Virus record (IMG/VR): IMGVR_UViG_3300037506_000184 | Span: 1-64,000 of that record | Direction: 5' to 3' (one strand) | DNA length: 64,000 bases | Source of the DNA: a virus | Shown: in pieces, positions 32,915 to 40,644 of the stretch | How positions within the stretch are numbered: position 1 is the first letter of the stretch | Layout: each line of letters begins with the position of its first letter | The notes under the pieces: generated by a model | What the model was told of the DNA's origin: nothing | Database searches by the model: none | The model's input: only the letters and a program-made list of their open reading frames with translations | Position numbers and translations under genes: made by a program

Positions 32915-33738
32915 TGCAGCACCGCCTCCCGATCCCGACCAAGCCGGAGCTGTCCCAATGGTGGACGCCTGAATGGGCGGCTGCCCTCCTGGTCGAGCAC
33001 CACTTCGCCGATCTCTCGGAGAGCGATCGCGTCCTCGAGCCGACGTGTGGCCGCGGCGCCTGGCTGAAGGCCGTCCCGGCGAACGTGCCGGCGATCGGCG
33101 TCGAGATCGACGAGGACGTCGCGCGGCGCGCCGCCGAGGACACCGGGCGCCAGGTGCTCATCGGCGACTTCCGCCGGGTCGAGCTGCCGTGGGATCCTAC
33201 GCTCGTTGTCGGCAATCCGCCGTTCGTCACCGACCTGGTTGACGAGCTCCTCGAGCACGCGCGCCGCTGGCTCCCGTCGAACGGCCGCTGCGGGCTTCTG
33301 CTCCCGGCGTACACCTTTCAGACGCCGCGGCGCGTGACTAGGTGGGCGCGCGACTGGTCGATCGCGACCGAGCTGGTACCGAGGACGCTCTTCATGCGGT
33401 CGCGGCTGCCGCTCGTCTTTGCGCTGTTCACCAAGAGCGAGATGCGCACGATGACCGGGCTCGCCCTCTACCGCGAGTGCTCCGACCTCGAGCGGGTGAG
33501 CGCCGGGGCGCGCCTCGTTCTCGTGCACGGGCGATCGAGACAGAGCGTCTGGCGTGCCCTGGTGGCGGCGACGCTGGCTGAGCTGGGCGGCGAGGCGTCC
33601 CTCCCCGAGCTCTACGCGGCGATCGAGCCGCGCCGGCCGACGCCGAACGGGTTCTGGCGGGAGAAGGTCCGCCAGGTGGTGCAGATCGATTGCGAATCGC
33701 CGTCGCGCGGGGTTTGGCGGCTGAGAGGTGCGGCATGA
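32914..33738 (+). CDS. N6-adenine-type DNA methyltransferase (NPPF)
   Basis: Motif I is VLEPTCGRGAW and motif IV is VVGNPPF. TGATG overlap with the upstream stop. Confidence 0.75.
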   Translation: MQHRLPIPTKPELSQWWTPEWAAALLVEHHFADLSESDRVLEPTCGRGAWLKAVPANVPAIGVEIDEDVARRAAEDTGRQVLIGDFRRVELPWDPTLVVGNPPFVTDLVDELLEHARRWLPSNGRCGLLLPAYTFQTPRRVTRWARDWSIATELVPRTLFMRSRLPLVFALFTKSEMRTMTGLALYRECSDLERVSAGARLVLVHGRSRQSVWRALVAATLAELGGEASLPELYAAIEPRRPTPNGFWREKVRQVVQIDCESPSRGVWRLRGAA

Positions 33739-34817
33739 GCGACAACAGCAAGATTTCGTGGTGCGATGCCTCGTGGAATCCTATTCGGGGCTGCTCCCGC
33801 GTCTCTCCCGGCTGCGGCGATAGCCACGGCGGCGGATGCTACGCCGAGCGCCAGGCGCACCGCTTCTCCGGCCCCGGCAAACCGTACGAGGGGCTGACCA
33901 AACTCACCGCACACGGCCCGCGATGGACGGGCAAGGTGCGGCTCGTGCCGGAGCTGCTCGACTGGCCGCTGCGGAAGAAGAAGCCGCTGCGTGTGTTCGT
34001 GAACTCGATGAGCGATCTGTTCCACGAGGGACTGAGCGACGAGGAGATCGCCGTCGTGTTCGCCGTGATGGCCCTCGCGCCGCAACACTGCTTTCAAGTG
34101 CTGACAAAACGTCCTGAGAGAATGCGCCGCTGGTTCGAGTGGCTACGTTCCGGCGACCTGCGCGAGGCTCCGGAGCAGCGGACCCTCGGACTGGCCCTTG
34201 CGCACGCCTGGCGCGAGGGGGCGGCCGGCATCGTCGGTCCGCTCGTGCGCGGCGAGTTGGAGTGGCCGCTGCCGAACGTGTGGCTCGGCGTCTCGGTCGA
34301 GAACCAAGCGACCGCCGACGAACGCATTCCGCTGCTGCTCGACACGCCGGCAGCGGTGCGGTGGATCAGTGCGGAGCCGCTATTGGAGGTGGTGCGGCTG
34401 GAGTCGAATCTGGTCGACCCGGAATATTGCTGCTGGCACTGTGGCGCGCAGATCATTCGCGGCCCTGGCAATAGCTACCAGGATGAGCGAAGGCTCCTCC
34501 GCAACTGTGTCGTGTGCAAGGCATCTCTCGACGGCAGGCGCCGGCTCGATTGGGTGGTAGCTGGCGGCGAAAGCGGCCCATCGGCCAGGCCCTGCGACGT
34601 GCGGTGGATTCGCTCGCTGCGCGACCAGTGCCAGGCGGCGGGAACGAAGGTGTTCGTCAAGCAGCTCGGGTCGCGGCCGGTCTTCCAGGGTGCCGACGTC
34701 GACATGAGCCTGCAGATCGACGGCCCGAGCCTGAGACTGCGCCACAAGGCCGGCGCCGATCCTTCCGAATGGCCGGAGGATCTCAGGGTGCAGGAGTTTC
34801 CCGACTCTGCGGGATGA
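33735..34817 (+). CDS. Phage Gp37/Gp68 family protein (DUF5131) with an inserted zinc ribbon
   Basis: Family motifs present: ISWCDASWNPIRGCSRVSPGC, VFVNSMSDLFH, VLTKRPERM, WLGVSVENQ, WISAEPLL, WVVAGGESGPSARP, FVKQLG. The insert is CCWHCG...CVVC. Confidence 0.85.
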   Translation: MSDNSKISWCDASWNPIRGCSRVSPGCGDSHGGGCYAERQAHRFSGPGKPYEGLTKLTAHGPRWTGKVRLVPELLDWPLRKKKPLRVFVNSMSDLFHEGLSDEEIAVVFAVMALAPQHCFQVLTKRPERMRRWFEWLRSGDLREAPEQRTLGLALAHAWREGAAGIVGPLVRGELEWPLPNVWLGVSVENQATADERIPLLLDTPAAVRWISAEPLLEVVRLESNLVDPEYCCWHCGAQIIRGPGNSYQDERRLLRNCVVCKASLDGRRRLDWVVAGGESGPSARPCDVRWIRSLRDQCQAAGTKVFVKQLGSRPVFQGADVDMSLQIDGPSLRLRHKAGADPSEWPEDLRVQEFPDSAG

Positions 34818-34842
34818 AGGTCGTGGAGCCGGAGAGGAGAGG

Positions 34843-35253
34843 TTGATGGAAAAGGTCGAGTCGACGCTTCAGGAGCAGGTGCGGTTTGTCATCCGCCAGG
34901 AGCTGGCCAAGCAGATGTTCAAGGGCCGCATGCCATCACTTTCAGCGATGGCCCGGCGTATCGGTTGGAAGCCGCAGGAGGTCGACGCCTTTCTCGATGG
35001 CAAGCCGGTAAGGCACCTTCGTCAGATTTCCGATCTGTTTCTCGCCCTCGGCGGCGAGCCAAGGCTGACGCCGCATCCGGTCGTGCCGCCGTCGCTGATG
35101 TGGATCACACCAACCGCGCCGCTGGTCTGCTCGACTTCCCGTCTCGGACTCCGCTGCTTGTCGCCAACCGGATTCACCCTCGTATCGGTTGGCCCGTTCG
35201 TCGCTCGCTGCTCGTGTGGCGCGCGGTACGAGTTCGAGGTCGGCCGTGTCTGA
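34843..35253 (+). CDS. Hypothetical protein, possible N-terminal HTH
   Basis: 136-aa ORF. SLSAMARRIGWKPQEVDAFLDGK is HTH-like. Confidence 0.4.
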   Translation: MMEKVESTLQEQVRFVIRQELAKQMFKGRMPSLSAMARRIGWKPQEVDAFLDGKPVRHLRQISDLFLALGGEPRLTPHPVVPPSLMWITPTAPLVCSTSRLGLRCLSPTGFTLVSVGPFVARCSCGARYEFEVGRV

Positions 35254-36196
35254 CCTTACCGACAAGAAGGACACCAAGCTCGCCACGGCGGCTGAGCTGC
35301 GGGCAGAGTATGATTTCATGCGCAACGAACTGGAAGCGGGGACGGCAGTCGTTAGCTTCGGCTATCTCGATGGATTAGCCTCACGCGCCATCGCCGCTCT
35401 CGCCGCCGCCGAACAGCGCGTCGGCGAGTTGGAGAAGGCACACCGCCGTTTTCCGCTGACGACAGGTGGCAGCGTGCCGTGGCTTCTCGGCGAGGAAGGA
35501 TACCGCACCTACGCTAAGTTCAACGGGAACGACCAGTCCATCGAGCGCATGGCGCAGCGCGGCGGGTTTGCCTTCGAGGAGTTGGCGTGCCTGGTTCAGG
35601 GTCACACGGGCTACGGACAGCCGCAACACCTCGACTGCATCGAAGCCCTCAGGCGGCGCCTGTCGGCTGAAGAAGCCGAGCGTCAACGCGCGGTAGCCGC
35701 CGAGGCGGAAGTGGCGCGGCTGCGCGCGGAGAACCAACAACTCGCAAACGACATCGAGCCGATGCGCCGAGCGATCTACGATGCCGAGGAGGAACTGGAG
35801 GAAGCCGGGCGGCCCGAAGGGGAGTACCTGCAGACCGGGATTGCAGCACTGCGCGGGCAGGTGGCGGCGCTGCGGGAGTTGGTGGAACGCGAAGCCGCAT
35901 GGTGGTGCAAGACTTCCAAAACGAACCGGCTGGCGGGATCGAACATCTTGACGCTGCAGCTCACGGTGAACGGCAGCGCAGCGCATGCTTCCAATCTGCA
36001 AGCCGCTGTCGCTACTGCTCTCGGCACCGCCGCCGCCCACGACGCCCGCATCCGCACCGAGGGACACGCGGCAGGCGTCGCCGAGGAGCGGGCACGAGCG
36101 CTGGACATCGCGCGGGCGCACTTCTCCGACGTGTACTGCGTCGACAAGCTGCGGGCGTTCGAGGAAGAGTTGGCGACGGAGGAGCCGACGACGTGA
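35246..36196 (+). CDS. Coiled-coil protein, 316 aa
   Basis: An in-frame GTG at 35246 overlaps the upstream stop. Contains long heptad-like segments. Confidence 0.45.
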   Translation: MSDLTDKKDTKLATAAELRAEYDFMRNELEAGTAVVSFGYLDGLASRAIAALAAAEQRVGELEKAHRRFPLTTGGSVPWLLGEEGYRTYAKFNGNDQSIERMAQRGGFAFEELACLVQGHTGYGQPQHLDCIEALRRRLSAEEAERQRAVAAEAEVARLRAENQQLANDIEPMRRAIYDAEEELEEAGRPEGEYLQTGIAALRGQVAALRELVEREAAWWCKTSKTNRLAGSNILTLQLTVNGSAAHASNLQAAVATALGTAAAHDARIRTEGHAAGVAEERARALDIARAHFSDVYCVDKLRAFEEELATEEPTT

Positions 36197-37980
36197 TGAT
36201 CAAACTCGCCGAAGACCTTTCTTTCCCCATCGACCTCGCCGGCCAGACTCTGCTCATCGTCGGCAAGCGCGGCAGCGGCAAGTCTACGACCTGCGTCCGC
36301 ATCGCCGAGGAGTTCTTCGCGGCGCAGGTGCCGTTCGTCGTGATCGATCCGACGGATACGTGGTGGGGTCTCAAGTCCTCTCGCGACGGCAAGGCGCCCG
36401 GGCTCGGCGTCTACGTCTTCGGCGGCCGTCACCAGGATCTGCCGCTCGAGCCAACCGGCGGCATGCTCGCTGCCGACGTCGTGATCGACAACGGCATCTC
36501 GGCCGTGTTCTCGACGAAGCACTTCACCGGCAAGGATCGGAGCCGCTTCGTCACCGACTTTGCCGGCCGGCTGCTACAGCGCAACGCGTCGTCGCTGCAT
36601 GTCTTCCTCGAAGAGGCGCACGAGGCCGCGCCCCAGAATCCGTTCAAGGCCGACCGCGAGCACGAGATGCTCTCCCGCGTGACGCGCATTTGGAAGCTTG
36701 GCCGCGCTTCCGGGCTCGGTGGTAGCGCCATCACTCAGCGTCCGGCATCGCTGTCGAAGGACATCACGACGCAGGCCGAAATCCTCATCGTCCATCGCAT
36801 GCTCGGCCCGCAGGACGTCGCCGCGGTGAAGGAGTGGATCAAGTACCACGGCGAGCGCGACGACATCCTGGCGCAGCTCTCGACGCTCAGAACGGGCGAA
36901 GCGTTCGTCTGGGCGCCAGACTTCCCGGAGGACAAGCCGATCGGGCTCAGGCGCGTGCGCATCCTGCCGCGCACTACGTTCGATTCGTCGGCCACTCCGA
37001 AGGCCGGGCAGCGGCGTGCTGAGCCGAAGGAGCTGGCGCCCGTCGACCTCGAACGACTCAGCGCCGCGATGGCCGCGACCATCGAGCGCGCGAAGGCAGA
37101 CGATCCGAAGGAGCTGCGCCGGCGGATCCAGCAGCTCGAGCGCGAGCTCGCCGCGGCGAAGAAGGCGGCGCCGGCGGCCGAGCGCGTCGAGGTACCGGTG
37201 CTGAGCGCCACGCAGACCGAGCTACTCAATGGGCTCACGAGCCGCGTCGAGCTGGCGCTCGATCAGATCTCCGGGCTCCGTAGGGGAATCGCTGCCACTG
37301 ACGAGCACTGCCTGGCGGTCAAGGATGAGGTGGGCCGCCTCTGGGCCGAGATCGCCGCAGCTACGGGCGCGCGCCCGGTAGCGACCGCCTGCTCCGTCCC
37401 TGCCCGCCCCGAGACGCGGCGCGCGGTGGCGAAGATGGCGGAGCATGCGGCGAGCAACGGCCGCAAGCCTACTGCGACACCGCCCGATGGCCCGCTCACC
37501 GGCCCGGAACAGCGCATCCTCGACGCGATCGCCTGGCTCGAAGGCATCGGCGTCACCGAGCCCGAGCAAACGGCCGTCGCGTTTCTCGCCGGCTACGCGT
37601 ACGGCGCCGGCTCATTCAACAATCCGAAGGGCCGACTCCGCGCCCGCGGCTTCGTTGACTACCTGCCGCAGAATCGAATCCGGCTGACCGACGCAGGCCG
37701 CCCGTACGCGAATCATCCCGACGCGCCGCTTACCGCTGAGGCGATGCACGAGCATGTGCTCGGCCGCCTGCCAGGACCGGAGCAACGAGTGCTGCGTCCG
37801 CTGCTCGACGCCTACCCGAACAGGGTGGCAAAGGATGCGCTGGCGGTGGCTGCGGGTTACACGCCGGGCGCAGGCTCGTTCAACAATCCCTGCGGCCGCC
37901 TGCGATCGCTTGGGCTGATCGACTACCCGGAGCCGGGGTTCGCGGTGGCGCGGGGGATTTTGTTTTTGCGGTTCGAGTGA
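36196..37980 (+). CDS. HerA/FtsK-superfamily (DUF87-like) P-loop ATPase with two C-terminal winged-helix repeats
   Basis: Walker A is IVGKRGSGKST and Walker B is LHVFLEEAHE, followed by ITQRPASL. The tail has duplicated PGPEQR(I/V)L...AGY..GAGSFNNP.GRLR..G units. Confidence 0.7.
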   Translation: MIKLAEDLSFPIDLAGQTLLIVGKRGSGKSTTCVRIAEEFFAAQVPFVVIDPTDTWWGLKSSRDGKAPGLGVYVFGGRHQDLPLEPTGGMLAADVVIDNGISAVFSTKHFTGKDRSRFVTDFAGRLLQRNASSLHVFLEEAHEAAPQNPFKADREHEMLSRVTRIWKLGRASGLGGSAITQRPASLSKDITTQAEILIVHRMLGPQDVAAVKEWIKYHGERDDILAQLSTLRTGEAFVWAPDFPEDKPIGLRRVRILPRTTFDSSATPKAGQRRAEPKELAPVDLERLSAAMAATIERAKADDPKELRRRIQQLERELAAAKKAAPAAERVEVPVLSATQTELLNGLTSRVELALDQISGLRRGIAATDEHCLAVKDEVGRLWAEIAAATGARPVATACSVPARPETRRAVAKMAEHAASNGRKPTATPPDGPLTGPEQRILDAIAWLEGIGVTEPEQTAVAFLAGYAYGAGSFNNPKGRLRARGFVDYLPQNRIRLTDAGRPYANHPDAPLTAEAMHEHVLGRLPGPEQRVLRPLLDAYPNRVAKDALAVAAGYTPGAGSFNNPCGRLRSLGLIDYPEPGFAVARGILFLRFE

Positions 37981-38012
37981 GGCTGCTATGAGCGTCGGCC
38001 GCGGAAGGGCTT

Positions 38013-38077
38013 TGCACAGAAACCCCCCGTCTGCACAGAAACCCTAGCTGACGGGTGACGGCTGCACAAAAACCCCC
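38013..38077 (+). repeat. Three direct repeats TGCACA(G/A)AAACCC(CC)
   Basis: Copies at 38013-38028, 38032-38044 and 38063-38077. They lie in the convergent gap just after the ATPase stop. An inverted pair CTGACGGG / CCTGTCAG is interleaved with them. Confidence 0.6.
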
Positions 38078-38079
38078 TG

Positions 38080-38238
38080 TCAGTCCTTGCGAGCCTTCCC
38101 GAAGAACATCTGGATCGCGAAGGGGCCGTAGTCCTCCGTCCTGTCGATCATCTTTGGCGTGAACGGCGCGTCGTCCGGCCCTTCCGGGGTAAGTTTCTCG
38201 ATCGGCTGGCCGAGGAATCCCTTCCGTTCCTTTTCCAT
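38080..38238 (-). CDS. Hypothetical 52-aa protein (below the ORF-track cut-off)
   Basis: Hand translation gives MEKERKGFLGQPIEKLTPEGPDDAPFTPKMIDRTEDYGPFAIQMFFGKARKD. The ATG lies 4 nt after the upstream stop. Confidence 0.3.
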   Translation of the reverse strand: MEKERKGFLGQPIEKLTPEGPDDAPFTPKMIDRTEDYGPFAIQMFFGKARKD

Positions 38239-38242
38239 GAGA

Positions 38243-38530
38243 TCACCTTGGCACAAGCCCGCCGTCCCCGTCGAACCGGAGCACCGTTGCCGGTCCCCAA
38301 TCGATCGGCTGCTTCCACTTCAACTGCTCCAGCGCCGTGCCGAGCGCCTGCTGGAGCAGTTCCGCCTGCTTCGCCGTGAGCGGCAGCGTCAGGACGCTTT
38401 GCGGCTGCCCTAGCTGGTCTCGTTCCGTGATGACCAGGGCAACCGGGTTTTCGTCGAGCTGAACCGACCAGCGGACCGACCAGCGGCCGTCGACCAGCTC
38501 GTTACCGTAGGGGGCGGGATCTTCCGACAT
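38243..38530 (-). CDS. Hypothetical 95-aa protein
   Basis: ORF with plausible composition. No motif recognised. Confidence 0.45.
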   Translation of the reverse strand: MSEDPAPYGNELVDGRWSVRWSVQLDENPVALVITERDQLGQPQSVLTLPLTAKQAELLQQALGTALEQLKWKQPIDWGPATVLRFDGDGGLVPR

Positions 38531-38935
38531 GGGCGGTCCCTACCTCGCCATGGGGCGGCCCGCAACCCGAAAGCGGGAGAAAAGATCACCGGGTCGAAGT
38601 TGGTCGGCGTCGGCGTGTTCGTCGGTGTCGTCCCCTTGCGAGCTCGTCCGGGAAAGCCACGGGACTTCCCTCGCAGTGCGCAGGATTGAACGGACCCAGC
38701 TCAAATTCGCCTCGAATGCTGACGTCAAATTCTTGACGATCGTAGTCGTCGACACGTCCCTCTAGCCCAACAGATGTTGTGCTTTCCGCCATTTCTGCGC
38801 GCATGCGAGCCCGCAGGAACCGGTCAAAGATCGTGGTTTCATTCTTGCTCGATGACCATTCAGCACCTCTTTGCGCGCTTCGGACAGCAACGAAGGCGCG
38901 GCAGGGGCGCGAATACATCGAGAGAGGAGGTCGCC

Positions 38936-39016
38936 ATGTTCGAGACGGTGGTGTTGGCGGTAGCGCTGCCAGCCGTGCTCATCGCGATCACGTGCTACGT
39001 GACGCGTCGGGCGTAA
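38936..39016 (+). CDS. Candidate 26-aa hydrophobic peptide (type I toxin-like)
   Basis: AGAGAGGAGG lies 5 nt upstream of the ATG. The peptide is MFETVVLAVALPAVLIAITCYVTRRA. The hairpin at 39037-39058 follows it. Confidence 0.3.
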   Translation: MFETVVLAVALPAVLIAITCYVTRRA

Positions 39017-39036
39017 GGCTGCAGGCAGCAGGGCTC

Positions 39037-39058
39037 GGGGACGGTGCCAGCCGTCCCC
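39037..39058 (+). terminator. Stem-loop GGGGACGG-tgccag-CCGTCCCC downstream of the small peptide ORF
   Basis: Perfect 8-bp GC-rich stem with no clear U-run. Confidence 0.3.
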
Positions 39059-39181
39059 GGCCTCCCTACTCGCGATTCTGTGGAGCAATCGACGTACCTG
39101 ATCGCCGTCAAAGCGACAAGCGAAAAGGATTCCCGATCCATCGTCCCCTCGCGCACTTTTGGACGTAACGAAGTGGCGAAA

Positions 39182-39376
39182 ATGCACCGGGTGCGCTACG
39201 TCTGGGCCGTGCGCGCCACCCCCTACGACCAGGCCCTCCGGGCCGAGCTCCGCGAGCTTCAACGCAAGCGCTGGTCGGTGCGACGGATGGCCGATCGCTA
39301 CAAGGTGACCGAGGTCGATATGGCGCGCCAGCTCCGGCGCCTCGGCCTCCTCGAGACGGCCACCCGCAAGGCGTAG
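39182..39376 (+). CDS. Small HTH-like protein, 64 aa
   Basis: Internal ATG at 39182. WSVRRMADRYKVTEVDMARQLRRLGL is HTH-like. Confidence 0.4.
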   Translation: MHRVRYVWAVRATPYDQALRAELRELQRKRWSVRRMADRYKVTEVDMARQLRRLGLLETATRKA

Positions 39377-39423
39377 CCACCCCGTTCCGGCCCCACTTTT
39401 TTGCGCGCCCACCATCTTTTCGC

Positions 39424-39452
39424 TTGCGCCGCGTCGTTGCGGAGTATATATA
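39424..39452 (+). promoter_or_regulatory. Sigma70-like promoter upstream of ardC
   Basis: TTGCGC, a 17-nt spacer, then TATATA, within a conspicuous TATATATATATT tract in otherwise GC-rich DNA. Confidence 0.45.
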
Positions 39453-39458
39453 TATTCC

Positions 39459-40370
39459 ATGACGACAACAAACGAGGGGCAAAAAATGACAGCCTACGAG
39501 ATCGTGACCGAGCAGATCCTGTCCCAGCTCGAAAACGGTACCGTTCCTTGGCGGAAGCCGTGGCGCGGAAGCGGCTGGACGCCGCGCAATCTGATCAGCC
39601 GCAAGCCGTATCGCGGGATCAACGTTCTGATCCTCGCTTCGCGCGGCTTCGCTTCGCCGTACTGGCTGACGCTGAACCAGGCGAACAAGCTGGGCGGTCG
39701 CATCCGCAAGGGCGAGAAGTCGACCGCCGTCGTGTTCTGGAAGCAGATCAAGGTCGAAGACGTCGACGCCGTGACGGGTGAGAGGACGAAGAAGTCGATT
39801 CCCCTGCTCCGCTACTACCGCGTGTTCAACGTCGAGCAGACTGACGGAATCGTGGTTCCCGAGTCGTACGCTCCCGCAACCGTCGAGCCGATCATCGAGG
39901 CCGAGAAGATCGTGGGCACCATGCCGGCGCGTCCGGTGATCCAGCACGGCGGCGACGTCGCCTGCTACTCGCCGCGCCGTGACGTGGTGACGATGCCGCC
40001 GCGCGCCTCCTTCGACGGCGGCGAGCACTACTACGCGACCCTGTTCCACGAACTCGGCCATTCGACTGGCCATGCAAGCCGCCTCGGCCGCAAGGGCGTG
40101 GACGGCGAAACTCTCGCCCCCTTCGGTTCGCCCGACTACTCGCACGAGGAACTGGTCGCTGAGATCACCTCGGCGTTCCTCTGCAGTGAGTCCGGGATCG
40201 GCTCGGTCATCATCGAGAACTCGGCCGCCTACATCGCAAGCTGGCTCAAGGCGCTGCGCGACGATCGCCGCATGGTCGTGATCGCCGCCGCGCAGGCCCA
40301 GAAGGCCGCCGACTTCATCCTCGATCGGAAGGCCGGCGAGGAATCGGAGGACGAGGCCTCGAACGGCTGA
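39459..40370 (+). CDS. ardC: ArdC-like antirestriction protein (N-terminal ssDNA-binding domain plus zincin metalloprotease)
   Basis: Family motifs present: ILSQLENGTVPWRKPW, YRGINVLIL, YWLTLNQANKLGG.IRKGEK, and the HExxH motif LFHELGHSTGH. The likelier start is the ATG at 39486, which has a GAGGGG RBS. Confidence 0.85.
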   Translation: MTTTNEGQKMTAYEIVTEQILSQLENGTVPWRKPWRGSGWTPRNLISRKPYRGINVLILASRGFASPYWLTLNQANKLGGRIRKGEKSTAVVFWKQIKVEDVDAVTGERTKKSIPLLRYYRVFNVEQTDGIVVPESYAPATVEPIIEAEKIVGTMPARPVIQHGGDVACYSPRRDVVTMPPRASFDGGEHYYATLFHELGHSTGHASRLGRKGVDGETLAPFGSPDYSHEELVAEITSAFLCSESGIGSVIIENSAAYIASWLKALRDDRRMVVIAAAQAQKAADFILDRKAGEESEDEASNG

Positions 40371-40383
40371 GAGAGAACCGGGA

Positions 40384-40408
40384 GCGGGGGGCTTCGGCCC
40401 CCTGCTTT
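40384..40408 (+). terminator. Intrinsic terminator-like hairpin after ardC
   Basis: GCGGGGGGC-TTCG-GCCCCCTGC (9-bp stem, UUCG loop) followed by TTT. Confidence 0.5.
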
Positions 40409-40423
40409 CATGGGGAGGATGCG

Positions 40424-40627
40424 ATGGTGAAGCTCGGAACGATCAAGGTGTCGAGGCGGGTGCAAACGAAGGGCACTGGTCGCAACAAGAAGAAGTACGA
40501 GACGGTCGCCGTCTACCTGAGTGGGCAGCGGCTCGAGGCCGCGGGATTCGAGGTCGGCGACGAGCTTGACGTCGAAGTGGAGCTGGGAGAAATTCGGCTC
40601 AGGCGACGCTCCAAGCGCCGCGGCTGA
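40424..40627 (+). CDS. SymE-like / AbrB-fold small protein
   Basis: A basic N-terminus is followed by VYLSGQRLEAAGFEVGDELDVEVELGEIRLRR. This matches the SymE/SpoVT-AbrB pattern (L.G.WL..AGF..G..V.V). A GGGGAGGA RBS is present. Confidence 0.55.
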   Translation: MVKLGTIKVSRRVQTKGTGRNKKKYETVAVYLSGQRLEAAGFEVGDELDVEVELGEIRLRRRSKRRG

Positions 40628-40644
40628 AACTCCTGGGGGAACCC

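Noticed and set aside
38540-39460. Several overlapping minus-strand ORFs (71, 110 and 232 aa) in the low-coding stretch
   Set aside because: The frames switch and end in Arg-rich tails, and no start context supports them. They conflict with the RBS-supported small plus-strand ORFs. They may be degraded gene remnants, but I cannot support a call.
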